NCBI GenBank assembly: GCA_951406725.2
Contig: OX597817.1
Coordinates: forward strand, 34,534,001 to 34,598,000
Origin: Octopus vulgaris
Taxonomy: Eukaryota
Direction of reading: 5' to 3'
Length of the DNA: 64,000 nucleotides
Positions within the stretch are counted from its first letter, which is position 1, and the number at the start of each line of letters is the position of its first letter. This document shows positions 37,014 to 49,582 of the stretch, piece by piece. Below the pieces are notes generated by a model. It searched no databases. It saw only the letters and a program-made list of their open reading frames with translations, and was not told where the DNA came from. Position numbers and translations under genes: made by a program.

Positions 37014-37365
37014 AGGCGCAGGACTGGCTGTGTGGTAAGTAGCTTGCTTACCAACCTCATGGATCCGGGTTCATTCCCACTGCGTGGCATCTTGGGCAAG
37101 TGTCTTCTACTATAGCCTCGGGCCGACCAACGCCTTATGAATGGATTTGGTAGACAGAAACTGAAAGAAACCCGTCGTATATATATATGTGAGTGTGTGT
37201 GTGTATATATATATATATATAGCAGTTCGGCAAAAGAGACCGATAGAATAAGTACTAGGCTTACAAAGAATAAGTCCTGGGGTCGATTTGCTTGACTAAA
37301 GGTGGTGCTCCAGCATGACCGCAGTCAAATGACTAAAACAAGTAAAAGAGAGTAAAAGAGAGTAT
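37014..37365 (+). mobile_element. SINE family A (internal deletion)
   Basis: Matches the family. Confidence 0.88.
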
Positions 37366-37370
37366 AGAGA

Positions 37371-38284
37371 GAGAATAAAATTTATAATTATAATAGAGGG
37401 CACGTGAGGCACCTACTTGCTAGAAAGAGGAGCTAAATCCTCAACTAAACCACCGAATTATACTGAAATACACAACGGATCAACATAAATCGGGCAAGCG
37501 AGTAAAGATTAACAAATTCATCACAGCTCAAAGCTGTAGAAGGAAGAATTGGATATAGTTGGATCATAATTTCGAATTCTGTCTACGGCCTCAATTCTCC
37601 TCAGCAAGCATGGCCGTATAAAAAACGAATTCGCCTCGGAATCCGTGGCGTTTCGAACTGTCCCGCGTCAAATTCAAAACGACTTCAGTGTATAATATAT
37701 ATATATATATAAGGAGTAAATATTCAAACGAATATTCACAGAGATATTTTTATTGTTATTACTATCAGCAGGCGGCGAGCTGGCAGAATCATTAGCACGC
37801 CGGGCGAAATGCGTAGCCGTATTTCGTCTGCCGTTACGTTCTGAGTTCAAATTCCACCGAGGTCGACTTTGCCTTTCATCCTTTCGGGGTCGATAAATTA
37901 AGGACCAGTTACGCACTGGGGTCGATGTAATCGACTTAATCCGTTTGTCTGTCCTTGTTTGTCCTCTCTGTGTTTAGCCTCTTGTGGGTAGTAAAGAAAT
38001 AGGTATTTCATCTGCCGCTACGTTCTGAGTTCAAATTCCGCCGAGTTCGACTTTGCCTTTCATCCTTTCAGGGTCGATAAATTAAGTACCAGTTGCATAC
38101 TGGGTCGATCTAACCGACTGGCCCCCTCTCCAAAAATTTCGTGCCTTGTGCCTCGAGTAGAAAAGAATAATAGCAACAAAAATATAGGTGGTAGCAAGCA
38201 ATAATAACGTTTAATAGCTAGACAATAAAATTTAGTAAGTAGGCGCCTCGTGTGCCCTCTATTATAATTATAAATTTTATTCTC
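37371..38284. mobile_element. Segment bounded by 48-bp terminal inverted repeats (foldback/MITE-like)
   Basis: gagaataaaatttataattataatagagggcacgtgaggcacctactt (37371-37418) versus its reverse complement at 38237-38284. Confidence 0.55.
37769..38167 (+). mobile_element. SINE family B dimer
   Basis: Junction at 38002; the second unit has the short tail. Confidence 0.9.
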
Positions 38285-38299
38285 CCGCTATTTAATGCA

Positions 38300-38333
<34 letters not shown>

Positions 38334-38380
38334 ATCTATCTATCTATTTATCTATCTATCTATCATACGCACACACATAT

Positions 38381-38599
38381 ATTTCTTTATTGCCCACAAG
38401 GGGCTAAACATAGAGGGGACAGACAAAGGGATTAAGTCAATTACATAGACCCCAGTGCGTAACTGGTACTTAATTTATCGACCCCGAAAGGATGAAAGGC
38501 AAAGTCGACCTGGGCGGAATGTGAACTCACAACGTAACGGCAGACGAAATGCGGTCACGCATTACGCCCGGCGTTCTAACAGTTCTGCCAACTCGCCGA
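38381..38599 (-). mobile_element. SINE family B monomer
   Basis: Matches the family. Confidence 0.88.
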
Positions 38600-38751
38600 G
38601 ACACGCGCACGCACATACTTGCGTACATTCATCCACACGTAATATACGAGCGCACATGCGCAAGTAGATAAGTACATAGAACCACAAAACACATCCACAT
38701 ACATACATACATACATACATACATACATACATACATACATACATACATACG

Positions 38752-38784
<33 letters not shown>

Positions 38785-38796
38785 GTATATATATTA

Positions 38797-39171
38797 CTTA
38801 CCAACCACATATTCCGGGTTCAGTCCCACTACGTGGCACCATGGGCAAGTGTCTTCTACTTTTGCCTCGGGCCGACCAAAGCCTCGTGAGTGGATTTAGT
38901 AGATGGAAACTGAAAGAAGCCCGTCGTATATATGTATATATATGTATATGTTTGTGTGTCCGTGTATGTCCCCCCACCCTTCCCCAACATCGCTTGACAA
39001 CCGATGCTGGTGTGTTTATTTCCCTGTGACTTAGCGGTTCAGCAAAACAGACCGACAGAATAAGTACTAGGCTTACAAAGAATAAGTCCTGGGGTCGATT
39101 TGTTGGACTAAAGGCGGTGCTCCAGCATGGCCGCAGTGAAATGATTGAAACGAATAAAAGAATAAAAGAAT
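38797..39171 (+). mobile_element. SINE family A
   Basis: Matches the family; 5'-truncated. Confidence 0.88.
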
Positions 39172-39195
39172 ATCTATCTATCTAAGATATATATA

Positions 39196-39583
39196 TTCTT
39201 TTACTCTTTTACTTGTTTCAGTCATTTGACTGCGGCCATGCTGGAGCACCACCTTTAATCGAGCAACTCGACCCCGGGACTTTTTCTTTGTAAGCCCCGT
39301 ACTTATTCTATCGGTCTCTTTTGCCGAACCGCTAATGACGGGGACAAAAACACACCAGCATCGTTTGTCAATCAATGCTAGGAGGACAAACACAGACATA
39401 CAAACACACACGCACATATAATATATACATATATACGACGGGCTTCTTTCAGTTTCCGTCTACCAAATCACAAGGCTTTGGTCGGCCCGAGGCTATAGTA
39501 GAAGACACTTGCCCAAGGTGCCACGCAGTGGGACTGAACCCGGAACCATGTGGTTGGTAAGCAAGCTACTTACCACACAGCCA
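39196..39583 (-). mobile_element. SINE family A
   Basis: Matches the family; tail-to-tail with the previous copy. Confidence 0.88.
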
Positions 39584-39588
39584 TTACA

Positions 39589-39622
<34 letters not shown>

Positions 39623-40202
39623 TGTAAACACACATATACACATGTACGCACATACACAACCTAAAATTTAGTCCATTTGGCTAAGCGATGAAACATGTAC
39701 ACCTGTTCCTTCCGATGGGAGTTCTTCAAGCTTCAAAAGGAAAGAAAACAAAACAAAAAACAAACGCTCTCGATAATTCCTATACATCTACCATTCTGCA
39801 GAACAAAGAAATGGCAATCCCACAGGGGGATTTATTAAAAAGGTGTGAGATATACGGCAAAAGAAAATGGAAAAAAATTACCAGAAAAAAGAACGGAGAA
39901 TGAAAGAATACAGATAGAATTTTCAAAAAATAAAATGAAACAAAATGGTGGTATCTATTAAATCTTTGTTCTTGGTCCACCGTGGTTTGTTTTCTGGAAA
40001 TCGGTTAATGTCTTCAGTTTCTTCTGGGCCTTCGTATTTCACCTTAACGCTTTGTTCTATAGAAGTGAAGCGCTTTGTTCTATACAAGTAATGAGTTATC
40101 CCAAATTTCCAGAAATCTTACAAGGTCTCAGGTTTATTTGCTTTCGATAAAATATAATTTTCTTGTATCATTTTGCAACGTGTATATCGTCGTTTGCTTG
40201 TA

Positions 40203-40469
40203 CTGTAATCCCTCGACTATCGTGGGTGTTACGTTCCAAAACACCCCCGCGATAGCTGAAAATCCGCGAACTAGAAATAGTACTATAAGGTATATTTTTA
40301 AAAAATCATTTTTATAATTTGTATATATTTATCTTATTATAAACGAAAAGCAATACCACGGAGGAATCGACGTAAGCTTAGATAATAAACCGCGATAGGT
40401 GAACCGTGATAGGTGAACCGTGATAGGTGAACCGTGATAGGTGAACCGCGATGTGGCGAGGGATTACTA
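40203..40469. mobile_element. Tigger/pogo-like MITE with tandem 15-bp subterminal repeat
   Basis: TA|ctgtaatccctcg ... cgagggattacta|TA; aaccg(c/t)gataggtg repeated four times. Confidence 0.8.
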
Positions 40470-40519
40470 TATTTATATCCGACTGTATCGTTTTCTTTAG
40501 ATGTACACAATCTCCTTTG

Positions 40520-40576
<57 letters not shown>

Positions 40577-40640
40577 ACGCACACACACACACACATACAC
40601 ACACACACACACACACGCACGCGCATGCACGTACACACTG

Positions 40641-40957
40641 GCACTCCGTCGCTTACGACGACGAGTGTTCCAGTTGATCTAATCGACGGAACAGCCTGCT
40701 CGTAAAATTAGCGTACAAGTGGCTGCGTACTCCACAGACACGCATATCCTTAATATAGTTCTCAGGGAGATTTAGCATGACACAGAATGTAACAAAGTTA
40801 GCCCTTTGAATTACAGGTACCACTCATTTTTGCCAGCTGAGTGGACTGCAGCCACGTGAAATAAAGTGTTTTGCTTGAAGACACAATGCTTCGCCAGGAA
40901 TCGAACTTATGACCTTACGACTGTAAGCCAAGTACCATAATCATTGAGCCACGCACC
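40641..40957 (-). mobile_element. tRNA-derived SINE (head D + tail 1), older copy
   Basis: Colinear with 12268-12598. Confidence 0.85.
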
Positions 40958-41109
40958 ACACGCGCATACCCTTACACACACACACATAGAGACACATACG
41001 TACGTATGTACATTATACATGATGGCTGCAACATGATGGTTGTGTTAAACATCAACAGCGCACATCTATCTTTTCAGTCTTGCTAGGGACCTACACACTT
41101 CTGCGTATA

Positions 41110-41250
41110 TGGGGAACTTAGCGGTTCGGCAAAAAGAGACCGATACAATAAGTACTAGGCTTACAAAGAATAAGTTCTGGGAGCGATTTGTTCGACTAAA
41201 GGTGGTGCTCCAGCATGGCCGCAGTCAAATGAATGAAAGAGATAAAAGAA
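41110..41250 (+). mobile_element. SINE family A, 3' fragment
   Basis: Matches the family tail. Confidence 0.8.
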
Positions 41251-41254
41251 TATA

Positions 41255-41310
41255 TACATACGAACGTACATGCATGCGTAGATCCATCCATCCATACATA
41301 CATACATACA

Positions 41311-41342
<32 letters not shown>

Positions 41343-41655
41343 CACTTACACACATACATGCATACACACATACATACATGCAAACATATATAATCACATC
41401 TATACATACACACATACATACACACACACACACATACATACATACACACACATACATACACACATACATACATACATACATACATACACACACATACATA
41501 CATACATACATACATACATACATACATACATACATACATACATACATACATACATACATACATACATACATACATACATACATACATACATACATACATA
41601 CATACATACATACATACGTACGTACGTACGTACGTACGTACGTACTTACTTACTT
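41255..41655. repeat. (CATA)n microsatellite grading into (CGTA)n and (CTTA)n
   Basis: Read directly from the sequence. Confidence 0.95.
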
Positions 41656-41857
41656 ACGGGGGCAAGGCCAGAAGTTTTGCAAGAAGGGCAAACTGGATAA
41701 TGTCTTCCCACGTATTTTATCGACATCCGAACAAACGAAAAGATAATATCCTCCATATCAAGACCAGAAACAACGGCAACGAAAAGCTACTTTAAATTTT
41801 TTTAAAATTGGCATTAAAAGGGCATAAAGGTGTCAAAAATGAAATTCAAAACATTTT

Positions 41858-42237
41858 TACTAAAGGAACAAGGCCCGAAATTTCGGAGAAAGGGGCCAGT
41901 CGATTACATCGACCCCAGTACGCAACTGGTACTTAATTTATCGACCCTGAAAGGATGAAAAGGCAAAATCAAGCTCGGTGGGATTTAAACTCAGAACATA
42001 AACACGGACGAAATACCTACTTCTTTACTACCCACAAGGGGCTAAACACAGAGAAGACAAACAAGGACAGAAAAACGGATTAAGTCGATTAGATCGACTC
42101 CAGTGCATGACTGATACTTATCTAATCGACCCCGAAAGGATGAAAGGCAAAGTCGACCTCGGCGGAATTTGAACTCAGACTAAATACGGCTACGCATTTC
42201 GCCCGACGTGCTAACGTTTCTGCCAGCTCGCCGCCTT
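41858..42237 (-). mobile_element. SINE family B dimer
   Basis: Two core units. Confidence 0.88.
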
Positions 42238-42443
42238 GAAAAATGAAATACAGAATGGTTATAAAAGCCTTTCAATAAATAAAATAAAATAAAAAATTAA
42301 ATATAAAATATAAAATATAAGATCAAACACATACAATAAATAAAAATGGGGTGCCCAATATATTGAAAAGTAAGAGGCTAGCGAATATTGTTTCTTCATT
42401 TGGCGCGTGAATTTACGTTTATATTTTTACTACCATTTACAGA

Positions 42444-42703
42444 GGAGGCACATGGCCTAGTGGTTAGAACAGCAGATTTGCGGTCGAGGGATCGCGGGTT
42501 CGAATCTCAGACCGGGCGATGTGTGTGTTTATGAGCGAAACACCTAAGCTCCATGCGGCTCCGACAGAAGGTTATGGCGAACCTCTGCTGACTTTTTCGC
42601 CACAACTTTCTCTCACTCTTTCTTTATTGCAGCTCACCTGTAAAAAGGAAACCGGGAAACTGGCCCTTATGAGCCAGGCGTGGCTCGTGAAGGAACAAAC
42701 AAA
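42444..42703 (+). mobile_element. tRNA-derived SINE (head C + tail 2) with TSD
   Basis: 12-bp TSD accatttacaga at 42432-42443 and 42704-42715. Confidence 0.9.
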
Positions 42704-43110
42704 ACCATTTACAGAAACTTTCCCGGTAATTCTTCAAACGTTCAGATGTGTTTAAGCACGTTGTTTGGTTTTCTTGCTGTTCATGTCAGTCTTTTCTTTC
42801 TCCCCGTATAATACTTCACACCTTTTATTCATACATGCTTCGCCTTCTTTCACGCTCTTTTCATTCTTCTATGTTGACACGCAATATGTTGACATAGACT
42901 ACGTAAACACACACACACAAACACACGAATACATGTAAAATTGACGTACTTCCATGATGCTCGAACTCCCATAGGAGATAAACAGGTGTACATTTATTCG
43001 TTTAAGTAAATGATATAATTCACCTATCCTCCATATGCATATATATGCACACAGACGCAGTCATACATACACATACACACACACACACATGTATACTTAT
43101 ATATGTATGC

Positions 43111-43144
<34 letters not shown>

Positions 43145-43194
43145 TTGTATACATCTCTATCTTTCTTTCTCTCTCTCTCTCTCTCTTTCTCTCG

Positions 43195-43254
<60 letters not shown>

Positions 43255-43633
43255 AGGTGACATCCAAGGATCAAGCAATCCGTAGAAGATATGAAAAGCA
43301 ACTTTCAGGAGAAATAGCAGTGTATTGACGCAGAAGGTTCTGAATTTTCCCCGTATCGAAGCGCGATAAGCTGAAAAAAAGTTAATTACATAGTTCACGG
43401 TTAGCAACAGTTGTTGTGTATGCGAATAAACATTCAAAAATTAGGGAATGGAGTAGATAAAATCCATACCTAGCGGATTCTCGGAAGTAGTAAATTATCC
43501 AAACAAGGGTTAGACCGCAAGCTACTCTTCAGGCCAAAGAGACCTTGATTGTATGAAGTTTACATTGTCGTTAGGAGATCCCATGTTAACACGTTGGGGA
43601 TTTGATGTTACACACACAGATATATTATATATA

Positions 43634-44131
43634 TAAATAGAAACATTATTGTTCGTAAATCTCAACGAAAGATATTCAGTAGCAGTACTTTAAAGTAAAG
43701 GTTATTTGTCAACCTAATGTGACAGTCCTGGTTGGAATGAATGCTACTGTCATCGTCTCCAGCTGGTTGTACGACACACGATCTGTGTCCTTATATTTTC
43801 GAACAGGGATGTTTAGCACCTCACCCAGCACAAAGCAGTATCTATGGACCGCACAGAATAACTCTGCCGCAGAGTTATTCTGTGTCGGTGAAGAGAAATA
43901 ACCCTGAAACTCTGCGGTCCACAGATACTGCTTTGAGCTGGGTGGGATGCTAAACTCCCCTGTTCGAAAATATAAGAACACAGATTGTGTGTCGTATAGC
44001 CAACTGGAGACGGTGTCTCCTGGGGCTAAAGAACAGTAGCATTCGTCCCAACCGGGACTGCTACATTAGGTTGGCAAATAACTTTTACTGAATATCTCGT
44101 TGAGAGATTTAGGAACAATGTTTTTATTTAA
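43634..44131. mobile_element. Inverted pair of Penelope-like/retrozyme units centred at 43868, with a degenerate HHR at 43879-43925
   Basis: Arms are reverse complements around gcacagaataactctgc-c-gcagagttattctgtg. Confidence 0.7.
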
Positions 44132-44215
44132 TATATCAGTGGCTGTGTCTCACTTTGGAAATTATATATATTTTCGAACGAGAATTTAGCAGCGCCATCT
44201 CAGCCGAAGAGTTAT

Positions 44216-44262
44216 TCTGTGCTGATGAATGGAAATAACCCTGAAACTGTGCGATCCACAGA
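44216..44262 (+). ncRNA. Type-I hammerhead ribozyme (AUC site variant)
   Basis: ucugug CUGAUGA augg aaauaa cccu GAAA cugugcga UC cacaga. Confidence 0.7.
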
Positions 44263-44402
44263 TACTGCTTTGTGCTGGTTGGGGGTGCTAAACTCCTCAG
44301 TTTGAAAATATAAGAACACAGATTGTGTGTCGTATAGCCAGCTGGAGACGATGTCTCCTGGGGTCAAGCAAGCAAACACTTTATTATTTATATATATATA
44401 TG

Positions 44403-44462
<60 letters not shown>

Positions 44463-44463
44463 A

Positions 44464-44527
<64 letters not shown>

Positions 44528-44825
44528 ATAATAGTGAATATTGACAATGAGTTCCGATGGATACTTTATTTGCGGATTAACTATATATATATTGTTTTCC
44601 AAGCATATGTGTGTCCCAGTCAACATGAAGTGATCATATATATATATATAGTTTGTATGAACAGTTGGTAGCTTTGTTAATCCACAAATAAGGAATACAC
44701 ACACACATATATATATATACATGCATACATACATACATACATAAATACATACATATATATATATATATATATATGTGTGTGTATATATATATGTATGTAT
44801 TTATGTATGTATGTATGTATGCATG

Positions 44826-44856
<31 letters not shown>

Positions 44857-45129
44857 ATTCCTTATTTGTGGATTAACAAAGCTACCAACTGTTCATACAG
44901 AAACGTCGCTATACCTTAAGTGATTTACATATGAATGTTGGTAATCAGCCTTCATGTTGACTGGGACGTTCACATATTAGCCGGTTACCAACACTCTCCG
45001 GTGAAGTGCTTGGAAAACAATGGAATTTTCCGTATGAAACCATTGGTAGCGTAGTTAATCCCCAAATAAAGACTATATTTATCCATCGAAAGCAGAACTG
45101 AGAACTCATTGTCAATATTCACTATTATC

Positions 45130-45203
<74 letters not shown>

Positions 45204-45210
45204 GTGTATG

Positions 45211-45241
<31 letters not shown>

Positions 45242-45397
45242 ATATATATATATAAATAATAAAGTACCGGTTGGGACGAATGCTACTGTTGCTTGACCCC
45301 AGGAGACATCATCTCCAGCTGGCTATACGACACACAATCTGTGTCCTTATATTTTCAAACTGAGGAGTTTAGCACCCCCAACCAGCACAAAGCAGTA

Positions 45398-45444
45398 TCT
45401 GTGGACCGCACAGTTTCAGGGTTATTTCCATTCATCAGCACAGA
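45398..45444 (-). ncRNA. Type-I hammerhead ribozyme (GUC site)
   Basis: ucugug CUGAUGA augg aaauaa cccu GAAA cugugcgg UC cacaga: 6-bp stem I, intact core, one mismatch in stem II. Confidence 0.8.
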
Positions 45445-45507
45445 ATAACTCTTCGGCTGAGATGGCGCTGCTAAATTCTCGTTCGAAAATATATATAATT
45501 TCCAAAT

Positions 45508-45566
<59 letters not shown>

Positions 45567-45892
45567 ATATATATATACTTAATAATAGGGTTCAGCAAAG
45601 ATTTACTTTACCACATATATGTTTGTATGTGTGTACGTATATATAAAAATATACCTTTATACACACACATACACATGAACGAGTTTGTATGTATTAAAGT
45701 GGGTGTCAGTATAACTGATGTAATGGGCCAATAATATTTAAATAATTAAAATTGCACCCTTAGTGATGGGAACAATCAATATATAAATAACTAATTAATG
45801 TCAAAAAGTATTAGGAAGATATCATTGAAGTTCAAATATCTTAGAATATAAGTGACAACATTACTGTATAGAGTAGGTAATTACAGAGATAA

Positions 45893-45934
45893 CTCACGAC
45901 ATGTTTCGGTATTTTTAAACCTCATCAGGAAAAC
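45893..45934 (-). ncRNA. Minimal type-I hammerhead ribozyme with weakened stem I
   Basis: uuuuc CUGAUGA ggu uuaaaaau acc GAAA CAUG UC gugag; palindromic ACAUGU stem III. Confidence 0.65.
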
Positions 45935-46237
45935 ATTACACATTTTAGCTGCGATGGCAAAAATAATTAAAAGAAAGACCAGGAAGGGGGGAATCCTCAT
46001 GGACGCTTCCTCCTTGGAAATTTAACGGTAGAGTTGTTGCTATGGTACTTGATTCAGTAAGCCAACTAATTCTGGATTTTTCCCCCATACTAATTATGAC
46101 CAGTGTTAATTATTTACATCAAGAATCTTCTACCATTGAGGACGTAACTCTGATTAATTACAGTTTCTCTGCTTGAATATGTAGGCTTGCTTCCAAATTA
46201 GTCTTGTTTTTTTTTCTATACAAGATATATCACCACC

Positions 46238-46682
46238 AGTTGTTGCTGTTGTTGTTGTTGTTGTTCTTCTTCTTCTTCTTCTTCTTCTTCTTCTTCTTCT
46301 TTTTCTTCTTCTTCTTCTTCTTCTTCTTCTTCTTCTTCTTCTTCTCTCCTTCTTCTTCTTCTTCTTCTTCTTCTTCTTCTTCTTCTTCTTCTCCTTCTTC
46401 TCCTTCTTCTTCTCCTTCTTCTTCTTCTTCTTCTCCTTCTTCTTCTTCTTCATCATTTTCTTCTTCTTCTTCGTCTTCTTCTTCTTCCTCCTCCTTCTCC
46501 TCCTCCTCCACCACCACCACCCTCTTCCCCTTCTCCTCCTCTTCCTTCTCCACCATCACCTCCTCATCCTCATCCTCCTCCACCGCTTCTCCTCCACCAT
46601 CACCTCCTCCTCCAATATTATCTTTCCTCCACAATCACCTCCTCCAATATTATCTTTCCTCCTCTTCTACCTCCACCTCCAT
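46238..46682. repeat. (TTG)n-(TTC)n-(TCC)n compound microsatellite
   Basis: Read directly from the sequence. Confidence 0.95.
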
Positions 46683-47935
46683 AACCAGCGTGCGTGTGCC
46701 CGTGTGTGTGTGTGTGTGTTTGTGTGTGTATACGCGCGTGCTCGTTTTCATGCCTATAAACTAACATTTCAAATACTAACATTAAGGTTTACTTCACTAC
46801 CAAAACTTATTGCCAACTCACATATAAATGGCTGTAATTAAAACATTCACCCTAAGAGAGGGGAAGGTGGGGGAGAGAGTTAAATATTCTAATTGAAAAT
46901 ACGTTAGCATAATGGAGCGGACTTTAATTAACAATTTTACAGTTGATGATATTTTTATTGCAAATTTGTGGGAAATATGAGAAACATTTAAGAATATTAT
47001 GTCCAATATAATTTTTATATAAAAATTATAATATATATATATATATATGTATATATATAGTTTATAAGATATATGCTAAATATATTAGAAGGAAATTTTC
47101 CCCATGTAATCATTTCAAATTGCTTAGTCGATAAATAATTTTCCTCATTCTAAGGTCTGGTAAGTATGTTTTAAAATAGTATTTTCCAAAATAGGTGTCG
47201 CCAACGCCCTATGATGTCGTAGGGAAGAGTGATGCGTTTACGCTGTATTTCATTTAAATAATACAGTTGACAAAAAGCCATTATGAGTATCGGGTACTTT
47301 AAGCGTGAGAACGTAGCATGACGAGATCACAGAAGCATTGGAAGTTACTGTGTTGGGCTATACTTCGTAGAAGAGGAATAATAAAGGCGAAGCATGTACG
47401 GGATTGTCACCGTTCATATTTACGGAAGAACAGTCTTGTTCCACACTATATATCCTTATTTGATTTTTAACCAATTTGAATTTTGCTGTTCTCTGTCTAA
47501 CCTTTCTTAGCGAGAATGGTAATTAATACTATTGAATTTTCTTTTCACTGCGGGTGCAAATTCAATTGATAAAAAGTTCTTTTTGTGTTCACCCTACGAC
47601 GTTAAATATATTAGTTCACACATGTCTCAATTATTTCCATATCGCTAAACACCACTATATTATGACAATGTAATAACCATCACTAGAATGAATTTGTATA
47701 TCAAAATTGGCTAAAACGGTTGTTTAGAGCAACATAGAATAGTTTAAAGGGAAGATTTTACAAATTTTTCGTAATAATCATTCCAAGTTCTACAGCTATT
47801 TCAACAGTTAAAATTATCATCGTTAATATTAGGTACATAATTTATATATATTTATATATATAAGAAATACACAAATAATTCATTTAAATATGATAGATTA
47901 GCGTTTAATCATGAAAGGAAATTGAATCGTCGTCG

Positions 47936-47975
<40 letters not shown>

Positions 47976-48044
47976 TTATATATATGTGAAGTATATTCGC
48001 CACTTAAATGTGGTTAACCACTAAGGGTGAATGCTACTGTAGCT

Positions 48045-48078
<34 letters not shown>

Positions 48079-48088
48079 ATATATATAT

Positions 48089-48470
48089 TCGGTACACACT
48101 TACTGCTGCCTAAATCAATTATCTGTATACACATTAGCGATTCGTTAAATCATCCATAGATTTCTTTGGCATAGACATATATGCTGAGAGTGATTATCGT
48201 CCAGGAACAGCCGAGTCGGACCGATCCCACAGAAGAGGCTACGACAAAAGCCGGAACTGACCGATCAGTATAGGAATATCTCGAACGCTGCTTTTCGGTC
48301 GATTACGGTCCCTGTCAGCGTGTATGTATACAATTTTGTGTTTTGATTGTAGCATTAGAACGTTTAGCTCTTATTTCTAGCAATGTAGGTTCTTCTAACA
48401 CTCTCACTTATGTTTAATGAGGTTTATAGTTTTCTTTGTTCGTACACATTTGCTTACTGCTGCATAACCC

Positions 48471-48475
<5 letters not shown>
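48089..48475 (+). mobile_element. (TA)n-embedded ~350-bp unit with terminal redundancy and a degenerate HHR (48225-48275)
   Basis: gtacaca..cttactgctgc.taa..caattat at both ends; uccca CAGAAGA ggcu acgacaaa agcc GGAA cuga ccga ucag UA uagga. Confidence 0.65.
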
Positions 48476-48534
<59 letters not shown>

Positions 48535-48756
48535 TTATATAAACAATGATAAATCTCTGAACGAGGTATAAACAGTAACTGCACGACAATGCGAAGTATA
48601 TTTGCCACTTAAATGTGGCTAACCACTAAGAGTGGATGTTACTGTAGCTTGTAGCCCCAGGAGAACATCTTCTCTAGCTGGCTATTGACACACTTTCTGT
48701 GCCCTATCAGTATTTGCAAAGGGAAGCCATCCTTCCCATCGTCGACCTGACGTGAT

Positions 48757-48803
48757 ACGCACGGACCCGGGTTTCTGAATATTTACCCGTCGTCAGCGCA
48801 CGT
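48757..48803 (-). ncRNA. Type-I hammerhead ribozyme in element 48533-48805 (related to the 43.6-45.5 kb family)
   Basis: acgugcg CUGACGA cgggu aaau auuca GAAA CCCGGG UC cgugcgu; palindromic stem III, GUC site, eroded stem II. Confidence 0.75.
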
Positions 48804-48805
48804 CA

Positions 48806-49060
48806 ATCACCGGTCTTCGATGCGAAATCGCTGCTTGTGTCCATGAGTTGAGCGGTGATGAGCAAGCAAACCAGCGAAGATTGTGGCTCGTTGATTTTGT
48901 TGTTGTCACTCAAAGCATGCGGAACACATGTTCCATACATCTGAACCTTTCCCATCGAGTGAAGATGCTTCTCTATAGGAGTGTAGGAGCATTCCATTTT
49001 ACATTCAGCATGAGTGACAACGTAGAGACCCTTTGCTGGTTGGAACAAGGCACTTAGCTT
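48806..49060 (-). mobile_element. Mariner transposase fragment
   Basis: IEKHLHSMGKVQMYGTCVPHALSDNNK (WVPHEL-like linker) followed by TGD. Confidence 0.7.
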
Positions 49061-49582
49061 GTACAGTGGACCGAACTATTTAATGAACGAAACTGTGGCC
49101 TGCCTGCATTATCTCTGTTTATCCCAAACATCTGTTATCCACACACGTATAGGTCTATAAATATATACAAACATGCATTTATATAATTCGAGGGAAAAAA
49201 TACAAACCGCATTCCAATGTATACACCCGTTTCCACATGTATGCCATTTTTCACGCGAATCCACCTAGCCATTTGGCTATGAACCCCAAGACAAGAAAGA
49301 ATACAACGATCACCCATGTCCAATTTATATTATAGATTAAAATTAAAAATTCATTTGTTTGTGCGTACCTTGTAATAAGCAAAGCCAACCTAGTTTCTCG
49401 CAAAAATATTTCACCTTATGTTATTCTGCCTAAAATAACTTCTAGCACATTTCTGTGCCCTAGAATCCTGAAAACTGAGGAATCTTATATATTTTATCGA
49501 TATAGTGAAGTAATTTCCAGATAGAGGCTGACAAATCACGAGGTTACGAAGCTTGTACATTCTAGATATCATTGTCTCGGCA

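Noticed and set aside
44990-45055. CCGGUGA..GAAA CCAUUGG UA degenerate hammerhead
   Set aside because: Two core changes and no convincing stem I
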